A stretch of DNA of 64,000 nucleotides from Malacoraja senta (lineage: Eukaryota), in assembly GCA_038087875.1 (NCBI GenBank), contig CM075990.1, positions 5,210,001 to 5,274,000 on the forward strand, written 5' to 3'. The notes below the pieces were generated by a model. It saw only the letters and a list, made by a program, of their open reading frames with translations. It made no database searches and was not told where the DNA came from. Below, piece after piece: positions 11,944-24,900 of the stretch; position 1 is the first letter of the stretch; each line of letters starts with the position of its first letter. Both the position numbers and the translations under genes were made by a program.

Positions 11944-12215
11944 TGTGTAGGAAGGAACTTCAGATGTTGGTTTACACTGAAGATAGACACAAAATGCTGG
12001 AGTAACTCAGCGGGACAGACAGCATCTCTGGAGAGAAGGAATGGGTGACGTTTCGGGTTGAGACCCTTCTTCAGACTGAGAGTCAGGGGAGAGGGGACGA
12101 GATATGGAAGAGTACAAAGAGCATGTAATGTGTGAAAAGGACAGATCAAAGCATCAATCATTCTATCCAGAGATGCTGCCTGTCCCGCTAATTACTCCAG
12201 CATTTTGTGTCTATC
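11944..12215. mobile_element. Penelope-derived hammerhead module with partial inverted arm
   Basis: Minus strand CTGAAGAAGGGTCTCAACCCGAAACGTC core; inverted arm at 12167-12215. Confidence 0.75.
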
Positions 12216-13188
12216 AAATAAGTTTATTGTTGTATGTATTATTATGGTCTGTACACTGTTCACTGTAGGAGCTTCAAGCACTCTGGTGTACATGGCAGTG
12301 AACTAATCGGATCTGATTTGATCCGTGGCCTGAGAACTGAACAACTGTTGGGTGAGAAACAGCAAAGACCACAATTTTCCACACCAACAATCTGTTGCTT
12401 TTGAAACTTAGTATCCAGGCTAAGGAGGAAACACAAATCGTTCCAGCCAGAAGATAAGAAACAAACCCTGTGAACCCTCACTGCACTTCATGCTGTTCAT
12501 AGTTAACCTGGTGTTAACTCTAGTTTTGCAATAGTTGACGTAATGAGAAAGATAATGACACAGATAATGTAAGAGATAGAGAGCAGGAGAGAAGATACGG
12601 AGAATACGTAAGACTGACGAATTGTCAGATTATCCCGTGATTGGTGATTAGTAAGATTAGTTTTGTACAGAAACCTAGGTGATGGGTTGGGATTGGTAAC
12701 TCTGATTCACACTGATAAGTCTGGCTGATAACAAAACCAAAAGAAGATTTCACTAAAAAACAAAGTACAGTGGTCAGATGGTTGCCATATTTAAAACAAA
12801 TGTAGAAAGGAATTTAAGATATTCCAATCTCGAGAGGCTGGAAATAAAGAAGAAGTTAGGTGGAGCAGACTGACTTTGAGGAAGCATGGAATAATAGCAG
12901 GGAATGCATCCACTCCAGTGAGGGGGGGGGGCTTTCTAGAGCCCTAGTATGGGTGTTGAGGGCCAAAGGGACTGGTTTCCAGAGGGCCAGTATGGACATT
13001 GTGGGCCAAATGGATTCTTGGGGTGGCAGCTCAGTCACTCAAGCCTGATGTGCAGGCAGCTCACTCACGGCTGGTGGGCTGGCAGTTGACTCACGGCTAT
13101 TCCTTGAAATTCCATTTCAAGCAGGGTGCAAGGCCACCGAATTCGTGCTGTTTCCGACCACTTCAAGCAGGGTGCAAGGCCACCGAAA

Positions 13189-14724
13189 TCATCTGGATAA
13201 ACAGGGTCTGATTAGGAACAGTCAATGGATTTGTGCCTGGAAGGTCATGTTTGACTAATCTTCTTGAATTTTTTGAAGAGGTTACTAGGGAAATTGATGA
13301 GGATAAAGAAGTGGATGTTGTCTATATGGAGTTCAGTAAGGCCTTTGACAAGGTTCCACAAGAAAGCTTTTGGTGTGCTGGCCTTTATAAATCAGAGCAT
13401 TGAGTATAGAAGTTGGGATGTAATGTTAAAATTGTACAGGGCATTGGTGAGGCCAATTCTGGAATATGATGTACAATTCTGGTCACCACATGGAAGGTTG
13501 GTTAAGAAGGTTCAATTGTTGGGTATTAGTAGTGGAGTAGCAAGATGGATTCAACAATGGCAGAGAGTAATGGTGGATAACTGTTTGTCAGGTTGGTGGC
13601 CAGTGACTAGTGGGGTGCCTCAGGGATCAGTCTGAAGAAGGGTTTCGGCCCGAAACGTTGCCTATTTCCTTTGCTCCATAGATGCTGCTGCACCCGCTGA
13701 GTTTCTCCAGCATTTTTGTGTACCTCAGGGATCTGTGTTGGGTCCACTGTTGTTTGTCATATACATCAATGATCTGGATGATGGTGTGGTAAATTGGATT
13801 AGTAAGTATGCAGATGATACTAAGATAGGTAGTGTTGTGGATAATGAAGTAGATTTTCAAAGTCTACAGAGAGATTTAGGCCATTTGGAAGAGTGGGCTG
13901 AAAGATGGCAGATGGAGTTTAATGCTGATAAGTGTGAGGTGCTACATCTTGGTAGGACAAATCAAAATAGGACATACATGGTAAATGGTAGCGAATTGAG
14001 GAATGCAGTAGAACAGAGGGATCTAGGAATAACTGTGCATAGTTCCCTGAAGGTGGAATCTCATGTAGATAGGGTGGTAAAGAAAGCTTTTGGTGTGCTG
14101 GCCTTTATAAATCAGAGCATTGAGTATAGGAGTTGGGATGTAATGTTAAAATTGTACAGGGCATTGGTGAGGCCAATTCTGGAATATGATGTACAATTCT
14201 GGTCGCCAAATTTTAGGAAAGATGTCAACAAAATAGAGAGAGTACAGAGGAGATTTACTAGAATGTTGCCTGGGTTTCAGCACCTAAGTTACAGAGAAAG
14301 GTTGAATAAGGTAGGTCTTTATTCTTTGGAGCACAGAAGGTTAAGGGGGGATTTGATAGAGGTCTTTAAAATGATGAGAGGGATAGACAGAGTTGACGTG
14401 GATAAGCTTTTTCCATTGAGAGTAGGGAAGATTCAAACAAGAGGACATGATTTGAGAATTAAGGGACAAAAGTTTCGGGGTTACATGAGGGGGAACTTCT
14501 TTACTCAGAGAGTGGTAGCTGTGTGGAATGAGCTTCCAGTAGAAGTGGTGGAGGCAGGTTCGATTTTATCATTTAAAAATAAATTGGATAGGTATATGGA
14601 TGGGAAAGGAATGGAGGGTTATGGTCTGAGTGCAGGTAGATGGGACTAGGTGAGAGTAAGTGTTCGGCACGGACTAGAAGGGACGAGGTGGCCTGTTTCC
14701 GTGCTGTAATTGTTACATGGTTAT
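13189..14724 (+). mobile_element. CR1/HER1 LINE, 5'-truncated (RT domain to 3' end)
   Basis: ORF 13735-14649 with YADD motif and CR1 C-terminus; interrupts the 48-bp array. Confidence 0.92.
13629..13722 (+). mobile_element. 94-bp hammerhead module inserted in the CR1
   Basis: CTGAAGAAGGGTTTCGGCCCGAAACGTT core; flanked by the 11-bp duplication CCTCAGGGATC (13618-13628, 13723-13733). Confidence 0.85.
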
Positions 14725-15240
14725 AAGTGCAGTTTCATACCACTTGAAGCAGGGTGCAAGGCCACCAAATTCAAGTGTAGTTTCATACCACTTGAAGCAG
14801 GGTGCAAGGCCACTAAATTCAAGTGCAGTTTCCTACCACTTCAAGCAGGGTGCAGGGCCACCAAACTCAAATGCAGTTTCAAGCTACTTCAAGCAGGGTG
14901 CAAGGCCATCAAATTCAAGTGCAGTTTCATGCCACTTCAAGCAGGGTGCAAGGCCACCAAATTCAAGTGCAGTTTCATGCCATTTCAAGCACGGTGCAAG
15001 GCCACAAAATTCAAGTGCAGTTTCATGCCACCAAGCAGGGTGCAAGGCCACCAAACTCAAGTGCAGTTTCCTACCACTTCAAGCAGGGTGCAAAGCCACC
15101 AAACTCAAGTGCAGTTTCCTACCACTTCAAGCAGGGTGCAAGGCCACCAAACACAAGTGCAGTTTCATACAATTTCAAGCAGGGTGCAAGGCCACCAAAT
15201 TCAATTGCAGTTTCATACCATTTCATGCAGGGTGAAACCA
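14725..15240. repeat. 48-bp minisatellite, about 11 copies (about two more at ~13100-13188)
   Basis: Unit AAGTGCAGTTTCATACCACTTCAAGCAGGGTGCAAGGCCACCAAATTC; explains the 16-aa periodic ORFs in all three plus frames. Confidence 0.95.
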
Positions 15241-15649
15241 CCATAAAACCACCATAAAACCACACAAACCACCACAAAACACCACACTCACAGTTCAGTA
15301 GACATTCAGTGTGTTCAGTTGATTCACAGTTCAGACAGAGTCGTGACCTCTCCCTCTCCCATCTTGCAGAGACTGAGCCACACCCACACTTCTGGGTTTT
15401 ATAATACCCCCCCCCCCTCCCACCAGAAGGGGCGTGGCCTTCATGGCATGATTGACAGGAGAGAGATTCTCAACATTTTTAAAACACTAATAACACTTTT
15501 ATTTATCATTGATGGGAAGAATCCTCTGCACCTGATGAGCGGAGGGGGACTGAGTAAGATGGCCAAAAAGCACAGCCGTAAGTGGTAGCGTTTTATCTAA
15601 AATCAATATACAGTGCAAACAGGAAGATGTTTAGACTTTTAAGCATTTG

Positions 15650-15830
15650 CCATTTCAAACCAACCACCACCACCAACCATTTGCTGTGCTTTATTTCAAA
15701 CCAACAGCCACCACCACACATTTGCTGTGCTTTATTTCAAACCAACCACCACCACCAACCATTTGCTGTGCTTTATTTCAAACCAACCACTACCACCAAC
15801 CATTTGCTGTGCTTTATTTCAAACCAACCA
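15650..15830. repeat. 41-bp minisatellite, about 4 copies
   Basis: Unit CAACCACCACCACCAACCATTTGCTGTGCTTTATTTCAAAC. Confidence 0.92.
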
Positions 15831-17200
15831 CATTTTCATTTTCAAACCACATTAAGGGCACTCAAGGTCAGTAAAACCACACTCACAGTTTAGTAGACAT
15901 GTGTTCAGTGTTATTCACAGCTCAGACTGAGAGACGTGACCCTCTCGCTTTCCCCCATCTTGCAGAGACTGACTGAGGCACTCAACACTTCCGGGTTTTT
16001 ATAGTCCCTCCGGAAGGGGCGTGGCCTTCAGGAGAGAGAATCTCAACATTTTCTAAACACTAATAACTATTTTATTTTTCATCAATGGGAAAAATCCTCT
16101 TGTCCTGCACAGCGGAGGGGGACTCTGAGTAAGATGGCCAAAAATCACAGCCGTAAGTGGCAGCGTTTTTTCTAAAATGAATATACAAAACAACAGGAAG
16201 TGGTCAAGATCAGACTTTTAGTAATATAGATAAGATCACCCCTCATCCTCCTTCAAGTTTATGGTGAAATATTGTTTTGCTAATTTCTTTTTATCTGCAT
16301 TTGTATTTGATGTAAATTAATTTGACTCTTAGTTTTAGCAGATATAGCAGCCAGCATGCATTCAGTACCCATTAAAGTGCAGTTGTGTTAAAGGGTGAGA
16401 TAATCATGCAACACACAAACTGGCCCTTCAGCCCAACTCGTCCATGCTGACCAAGTTGCTCCATCTAAGCTAGTCTCATTTATCTGCGCTTGGCCCATAT
16501 CCCTCTAAATCTTTCCTATCCATGTACCTGTCCAAATATCTTTTAAAAGTTGTTGTTATACCTGTCTCAACTGCTTCCTCTGGCAGCTCGTGCCATGTGT
16601 GATATTTCAGTCATATAAATTCAGTGAGAAATTAAAATATCGGGCAACATAATTTCAATGGATGAAAGTTAAAGTATTAAAGGATAATTCTCCATTCTTG
16701 TTAGGTGAGAGTCACAATTAACTCCATTTTGCTGTATTTTTGTTAATGTTACCATTTTTAGTACTTTGCTGTGTGTGAAATTGTCTTTTGCATTTCTTGC
16801 ATGATAACAGGCTTCAAAAGTACTTAATTGACCTGTATGCTTTGGAATTAACTGAAGTCATGAAAGGTGCCATATAATTGATATTGATCTTGCTTTATTA
16901 CTGTCTCCTGTACCAGGTTGCACTAAAAAACTTTGTGTACATAATATTGAGTCAAATCATACTGCACATGACTGCAATCAATTCATATAATCAGGTACTT
17001 ATGAAGCCATACACAATTACAACAGGAAGAGCAAAGAGAGATATATATATATACCAGAGTGTAGAATATAGTGTTACAGTGTTATGGTGTTAATTACAAA
17101 GAAAGTACAGGGTCCACAATGATTATAAAAGCCCATTTCAGGCTACTTGTCTACATAAAAGGAAAGTAATCATCTATTCAGTGGGAAAGTAAAGCTGGTA

Positions 17201-17441
17201 CACAAAAATGCTGGAGAAACTCAGCGGGTGCAGCAGCATCTATGGAGCGAAGGAAATAGGCAACGTTTCGGGCCGAAACCCTTCTTCAGACGTATTCAGA
17301 CGATATATTCAGTCTGAAGAAGGGTATCGGCCCGAAACGTTGCCTATTTCCTTCGCTCCATAGATGCTGCTGCACCCGCAGAATTTCTCCAGCATTTTTG
17401 TGTACCTTCGATTTTCCAGCATCTGCAGTTCCTTCTTTAAC
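17201..17441. mobile_element. Palindromic Penelope-derived element with a hammerhead core on each strand
   Basis: ~95-bp near-perfect inverted arms, 20-bp spacer, ~35-bp 3' extension; 14-bp TSD AAGTAAAGCTGGTA (17187-17200, 17442-17455). Confidence 0.9.
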
Positions 17442-17569
17442 AAGTAAAGCTGGTAGCTTTGCGCTGGCTGTCCAACATTGCTGGCTCTGGAGAGAGTCCA
17501 GAAAAGGGTTGTAAGAATGATCGGGGAATGAGTAGGTTAACCTACTCATGATGAGCATTTGTTGGCACT

Positions 17570-17960
17570 GGGACCTCATTGAAACATACAAAATAATGAA
17601 AGGCTTGGATAGAGTGGATGTGGAGAGGATGTTTCCACTAGTGGGATAGTCTGGGACTAGAGGTCATAGCCTCAGAATTAAAGGACGTTCTTTTAGGAAG
17701 GAGATGAGGAGACATTTCTTTAGTCAGAGGGTGGTGAATCTGTGGAATTCTTTGCCACAGACGGCTGTGGAGGCCAAGTCATTGGATATATTTAGGCAAA
17801 GATAGATAGATTCTTGATTAGTACATGTATCAGAGGTTATGGGGAGAAGGCAGGAGAATGAGGTTAGGAGGGAGGAATAGATCAGCCACGATTGAATGGC
17901 GTAAACTTGATGGGTCGAATTGGCATAATTCTACTCCTATTCCTTATGACCTTATGAACA
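17570..17960 (+). mobile_element. CR1 3' fragment
   Basis: FFSQRVVNLWNSLP coding region plus 3' hairpin and (CTTATGA) tail. Confidence 0.8.
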
Positions 17961-19167
17961 TTGCTTGACTCAATTTCCTCCATAATCCAAAAGGATATTA
18001 AAAGATGCCCATTGCAAATGTACTCATTGTTGTCCCTACCAGATGAACCTCTACACCACAGACTTGTTCCCAAGATGCTGGTATGCCTTGTTCATACCTT
18101 CATGCAGATTGCAATCCCTGCTGATGTTGGCAAATTCTTATTGCTTTATGTTTTCTCCCCAACACTAAAATGAACAGGGCTGTAGGGAGTGGAGTCAAAG
18201 GCACTTTGCTGATTGAAAATATTTGGAACCATAAGATCAATGAAAATCCAGATTCCTTTAATTAAACTCAGCTAGACAGGGCCATTTGCAATAGTTGTTG
18301 GTTCTTGCCAGATAGGCTGGGACAGTTTTCTGGCATAAAAAAAAATTGGAATCATAGTGTCATGTAGCATGGAAACAAGCCATTCATCCCAGCATGTCCA
18401 TGCTGACCAGTGAGTACCCATCCCTGTTAATCCCATCTTCCAGCATTTGGCCCACAACCTTCAATGCCTATCGGTTCGATCCCAATTGTGGGTGCTGTCT
18501 GCACAGAGTTTGTACCTTCTCCCCGTGAGATCTTCGGTTTCTTCCCACACTCCAAAGATGTACAGGTTTGAAGGTTAAGTGGCTTGGTATAAGTGTGAAT
18601 TGTCCCTAGTGTATGTAGGAAGGTGTTAATATGCGGGGATCGCTGGTCGGCGCGGACTCGGTGGACCGAGGGGCCTGTTTCTGAGCTGTATCTCTAAAAC
18701 TAAAAAGGTAAAAACCAAGTAATTCAAGTTCTTATCTAAATATTTAATTAATTATGAAGTTGTGAGCTGCCAGAGGAGGTAGCTCAGATAGGTACAATAA
18801 CAAAATTAAAAAGAAACACTGGGCAGGTACATGGATAAGAAAGGTTTTAGAAGGATATGGACCATATACGGGCAATTGGGATGAGCTTGGATGGGCATCT
18901 TGGTCAGCATGGGCGTGTTAGGCCGAAGGGCCAGTTTCCCTGCAGTATGACTCTGAAATTAATGGTGTCAGTGAATCTGCTTCCACCACTCTCTCCAGCA
19001 GTTCATTCCAGGGTCTCAGCAATCTCTGGCTGAAAAAGATTAATTTCAAAATCCCTCTAAATCTCTTACTCCTTACTCTAAATCTATGTCCACTGATCCT
19101 ATCTGGTCTGATATGGGTAAACATTTCCTGCAGTCTATCTATACCCTGAACAATGAGTGTACCTTGT

Positions 19168-19480
19168 TGGTGGCACAGTGGTGCAGCCGGTAGAGCTGCT
19201 GCCTCAAAGTACCAGGGACCTGGGATCGATCCTGACAATGGGTGCTGTGTGTGTGGAGTTTGCACGTTTCCCCGGTGATCGGGTGGGTTTCGTCCGGGTG
19301 ATCCGCTTTCCATCCGAAAGATGTGCGGGTTTGTAGGTTAAATGGCTTCTTATAAAATTGCCCCTAGTGTGAGTGGGTGAGAGAGTGGGATAACTACTGT
19401 GAACGGGTGTTCAATGGTTGCCATGGATTCGATGGGCCAAAGGTCCTGTTTCCATGCTGTATCTCTAAACTGAACTAAAT
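19168..19480 (+). mobile_element. HE1-type SINE
   Basis: tRNA-like head, V-domain-like core, AAACT tail. Other partial or split copies at ~9056-9303(+), 18470-18705(+), 33800-34015(-), 38764-41100(+, split), 43508-44460(+, split). Confidence 0.85.
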
Positions 19481-19675
19481 TAAAGTAATGAGTGTATGGA
19501 TAGACGGTCTCTTCTTAACCTCCTCTGCTCATGGGAATATAGACCCAGCCTCTCTCACTCTCTCTTCATAATGAAACTCCCTATCCCAAGCAATGTCCTG
19601 GTAGGCTCACATCACCACCTCTGCACCCTCTCCAATACCTTCATGTCTTTCCCCTCATGTGCTGACCAGACCATT

Positions 19676-20085
19676 TTTGGCCAAAAAGAAACTGTATTCC
19701 GAATAAAAAATATATATTGAAAAAAACAGCAAAAAACACTCTTCAGGCATTGTCAGCGTTGATACATTCATTAGTATCATACCAAGTAGTGTTCACACCA
19801 ATCTTTAAACAAAACATCTTTGACACTCTGGGCCCCTTCTGGGGTGATATCCCTTCCCTTGTTTGAGGGGTGCCCCCACCGGACTCTGCTCCTCAATGTC
19901 CAGCAGCGGAAGGACCCTAGACTGTGGTCCTCCCCCACAGAGCCTTGGTGTTGGCTGCGCCGAGCTTCAGCAGGTACTCTTGCAGTCTGCAGCGGGCCAG
20001 TCGGAAACATTCCCCCATGGATATCTCGCTCTGCCGGGAGGCCAACAAGTTTCAGGCTGGTCAGAACTGCATGTGATATTCCAGC
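19676..20085 (-). mobile_element. L1/Tx1-type LINE 3' fragment
   Basis: Minus frame reads NLLASRQSEISMGECFRLARCRLQEYLLKLGAANTKALWGRTTV*, then an A-rich end; related plus-strand fragment at ~26746-26985. Confidence 0.6.
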
Positions 20086-20624
20086 TGAGGTCTGTACAAA
20101 TGAAATGAAAAAACTGAAGCATAATTCCCCTGCTCTTGCAGTCAGTGTCCATACCAATGAAGGCCTGTAACCCATTTACCGTCCTAACCATGTTAGCTGC
20201 CTGTGCTGCCACCTTCAAGTACACTACGATCCTGATTGCCTTTATGTCAGAATAGTGTGTATTTTACCTTATGTAGTTTGCCTCTGGGCAGAAAGAAGCA
20301 AGCAAGCCAACCTGCATAGGAATTATTCTTCCTGTAAAGAGTAGAAACAAAGAACGGCGATGCAGACTCGAAGGACCAAATGGCCTCCTCCTGCACCTAT
20401 TTTCTATGCTTCTATGTTTTGCTATGCAGATGGTGGTCAATATACAAAAGGACACAACATGCTGGAGTAACTCAGCAGGCCAGGCAGCATTTCCGATCGA
20501 GAATCTTCTTCAGACTGAGTGCAGGGGGGCGGAGAAGAAAGTTGGAAAAGAGGAGAGGCAGGACTATGCGTGGCAGGTAACCTGTTCATAGTACTTCTAT
20601 GCATGGTGCTTTAGACCTTAGTCT

Positions 20625-20909
20625 TTAGAGATAAAGCATGGAAACAGGCCCTTCGTTCAGCCCACCGAGTCTGTGCCGATGAGCGATCACCTCGTACACG
20701 AGCACTATCCTACACACTAGGGACAATTTACAGAAGCCAATTAACCTACAAACCTGCACGTCTTCGGAATGTGGGAGGAAACTGGGGCACCTGGAGAAAC
20801 CTACATGGTCGTAGGGAGAATGTACAAACCCCGTACGGACAAGCACCCGTAGTCGGGATCGAACCTGGTTCTCTGGCTCTTTAAGGCAGTAACTCTACTG
20901 CTGCCCCGC
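20625..20909 (-). mobile_element. HE1-type SINE
   Basis: Reverse-complement match to the SINE at 2919-3224. Confidence 0.85.
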
Positions 20910-21907
20910 CTTGTTTTGGGTGCTTAGATCATGGGGACACCTTCTGTTGTTTCTCAAGTCAATAGACTGGGTTGTTAATCTCCTTCTCCGCCCAGAGCTG
21001 AACAGCCAGAAACCTGCCTCTCAGAACAGCGAAGAGTTAGTTTGGTCCTGGCTGGAACAGAAATTTGAATTTAAATGAATTTAGAAAATTAATGGGTATA
21101 AATCACCCTGGAGCAACAAGGTTTACTGCTGGTACACAAAAATGCTGGAGAAACTCAGCGGTTGCAAGGGTTTTTGCGGAAGGCAGACATGGGGGGAGAT
21201 GGGAAGATGTGGCGAGTGGCGAGTGTCGCCACATCTTCCCATCTCCCCCCCTGTCTGCCTTCCGCAAAGACCGCTCCCTCCGTAACTCCCTTGTCAATTC
21301 TTCCCTTCCCTCCCGTACCACACCCTCCCCGGGCACTTTCCCTTGCAACCGCAAGAGATGCAACACTTGTCCCTTCACCTCCCCCCTCGACTCCATTCAA
21401 GGACCCAAGCAGTAGTTCCAGGTGCGACAGAGGTTCACCTGCATCTCCTCCAACCTCATCTATTGCATTCGCTGCTCTAGATGTCAGCTGATCTACATCG
21501 GTGAGACCAAGCGTAGGCTTGGCGATCGTTTCGCCGAACACCTCCGCTCGGTCCGCAATAACCAACCTGACCTCCCGGTGGTTCAGCACTTCAACTCCCC
21601 CTCCCATTCTGTATCTGACCTCTCTGTCCTGGGTCTCCTCCATGGCCAGAGCGAGCAACACCGGAAATTGGAGCAACAGCACCTTGGGGAGTCTGCACCC
21701 TGGGGGCATGAACATTGAATTCTCCCAATTTTGTTAGCCCTTGCTATATTTAAGAGGGAGTTAGATGTGGCCCTTGTGGCTAAAGGGATCAGGGGGTATG
21801 GAGAGAAACATAGCAACATAGAAAGATAGAAATTAGGTGCAGGAGTAGGCCATTCGGCCCTTCGAGCCTGCACCGCCATTCAATATGATCATGGTTGATC
21901 ATCCAAC

Positions 21908-24900
21908 TCAGTATCCCGTACCTGCCTTCTCTCCATACCCTCTGATCCCTTTAGCCACAAGGGCCACATCTAACTCCCTCTTAAATATAGCCAATGAACT
22001 GGCCTCGACTACCCTCTGTGGCAGAGAGTTCCAGAGATTCACCACTCTCTGTGTGAAAAAAGTTCTTCTCATCTCGGTTTTAAAGGATTTCCCCCTTATC
22101 CTTAAGCTGTGACACCTTGTCATGGACTTCCCCAACATCGGGAGCAATCTTCCTGCATCTAGCCTGTCCAACTCCTTAAGAATTTTATAAGTTTCTATAA
22201 GATCCCCTCTCAATCTCCTAAATTCTAGAGAGTATAAACCAAGTCTATCCAGTCTTTCTTCATAAGCCAGTCCTGACATCCCAGGAATCAGTCTGGTGAA
22301 CCTTCTCTGCACTCCCTCTATGGCAATAATGTCCTTCCTCAGATTTGGAGACCAAAACTGTACGCAATACTCCAGGTGTGGTCTCACCAAGACCCTGTAC
22401 AACTGTAGTAGAACCTCCCTGCTCCTATACTCAAATCCTTTTGCTATGAAAGCTAACATACCATTCGCTTTCTTCACTGCCTGCTGCACCTGCATGCCTA
22501 CTTTCAATGACTGGTGTACCATGACACCCAGATCGCGCTGCATCTCCCCTTTTCCTAGTCGGCCACCATTTAGATAATAGTTTGCTTTCCTGTTTTTGCC
22601 ACCAAAATGGATAACCTCACATTTATCCACATTATACTGCATCTGCCAAACATTTTCCCACTCACCCAGCCTATCCAAGTCACCTTGCAGTCTCCTAGCA
22701 TCCTCCTCACAGCTAACACTGCCCCCCAGCTTAGTGTCATCCGCAAACTTGGAGATATTGCCTTCAATTCCCTCATCCAGGTCATTAATATATATTGTAA
22801 ATAGCTGGGGTCCCAGCACTGAGCCTTGTGGTACCCCACTTGTCACTGGTTGCCATTGTGAAAAGGACCCGTTTACTCCTACTCTTTGCTTCCTGTTTGC
22901 CAGCCAGTTCTCTATCCACATCAATACTGAACCCCCAATGCCATGTGCTTTAAGTTTGTATACTAATCTCTTATGTGGGACCTTGTTGAAAGCCTTCTGG
23001 AAGTCCAAATACACCACATCCACTGGTTCTCCCCTATCCACGCTACTAGTTACATCCTCGAAAAATTCTATAAGATTCGTCAGACATGATTTACCTTTCG
23101 TAAATCCATGCTGACTTTGTCCAATGATTTTACCACTTTCCAAATGTGCTGCTATCCCATCTTTAATAACTGACTCTAGCAGTTTCCCCACTACCGATGT
23201 TAGACTAACTGGTCTGTAATTCCCCGTTTTCTCTCTCCCTCCCTTCTTAAAAAGTGGGGTTACGTTTGCTACCCGCCAATCCTCAGGAACTACTCCAGAA
23301 TCTAAAGAGTTTTGAAAGATTATTACTAATGCATCCACTATTTCTGGAGCTACTTCCTTAAGTACTCTGGGATGCAGCCTATCTGGCCCTGGGGATTTAT
23401 CGGCCTTTAATCCATTCAATTTACCCAACACCACTTCCCGACTAACCTGGATTTCACTCAATTCCTCCAACTCCTTTGACCCGCGGTCCCCTGCTATTTC
23501 CGGCAGATTATTTATGTCTTCCTTAGTGAAGACAGAACCAAAGTAGTTATTCAATTGGTCCGCCATATCCTTGTTCCCCATGATCAACTCACCTGTTTCT
23601 GACTGCAAGGGACCTACATTTGTTTTAACTAATCTCTTTCTTTTCACATATCTATAAAAACTTTTGCAGTCAGTTTTTATGTTCCCTGCCAGTTTTCTTT
23701 CATAATCTATGTTTCCTTTCCTAATTAAGCCCTTTGTCCTCCTCTGCTGGTCTCTGAATTTCTCCCAGTCCTCCGGTATGCTGCTTTTTCTGGCTAATTT
23801 GTACGCATCATCCTTCGCTTTGATACCATCCCTGATTTCCCTTGTTATCCACGGATGCACTACCTTCCCTGATTTATTCTTTTGCCAAACTGGGATGAAC
23901 AATTTTTGTGGTTCATCCATGCAGTCTTTAAATGTCTTCCATTGCATATCCACCGTCAACACTTTTAGAATTAATTGCCAGTCAATCTTGGCCAATTCAC
24001 GTCTCATACCCTCAAAGTTACCTTTCTTTAAGTTCAGAACCATTGTTTTTGAATTAACAATGTCACTCTCCATCCTAATGAAGAACTCAACCATATTATG
24101 GTCACTCTTGCCCAAGGGGGCACGTACAACAAGACTGCTAACTAACCCTTCCTCATTACTCAATACCCAGTCTAAAATAGCCTGCTCTCTCGTTGGTTCC
24201 TCTACATGTTGATTTAGATAACTATCCCGCATACATTCCAAGAAATCCTCTTCCTCAGCACCCCTGCCAATTTGATTCACCCAATCTATATATAGATTGA
24301 AGTCACCCATTATAACTGTTTTGCCTTTGTCGCACGCATTTCTAATTTCCTGTTTGATACCATCTCCAACTTCACTACTACTGTTAGGTGGCCTGTACAC
24401 AACACCCACCAGCGTTTTCTGCCCCTTAGTGTTTCGCAGCTCTACCCATACCGATTCCACATCCTCCAAACTAATGTCCTTCCTTTCCATTGCGTTAATC
24501 TCCTCTCTAATCAGCAACGCTACCCCACCTCCTTTTCCTTTCTCTCTATCCCTCCTGAATATTGAATATCCCTGGATGTTCAGCTCCCAGCCTTGGTCAC
24601 CCTGGAGCCATGTCTCCGTGATCCCAACTATATCATAGTCATTAATAGCTATCTGCACATTCAACTCATCCACCTTATTACGAATGCTCCTTGCATTGAG
24701 ACACAAAGCCTTCAGGCTTGTTTTTACAACACTCTTACCCCTTATACAATTATGTTGAAAAGTGGCCCTTTTTGATTTTTGCCCTGGTTTTGTCTGCCTG
24801 CCACTTTTACTTTTCACCTTGCTACCTATTGCTTCTACCCTCATTTTACACCCCTCTGTCTCTACGCTCACACATTTAAGAAACCCTTTCCCTTTAACTC

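Larger units (their letters stand above)
12930..16230 (-). mobile_element. Candidate non-autonomous Helitron-like element filled with minisatellites (split by a CR1)
   Basis: Minus-strand A|TCTATATTACTAAAA terminus at 16230; internal 48-bp and 41-bp arrays and a ~330-bp diverged direct repeat; no clear 3' hairpin/CTRR end, so the left boundary is approximate. Confidence 0.45.

Noticed and set aside
14710..15257. Cys/Lys-rich repeat protein ORFs
   Set aside because: Open in all three plus frames only because the 48-bp unit lacks stops.
15650..15830. CRISPR-like array
   Set aside because: Head-to-tail repeats with no unique spacers, in a vertebrate context.
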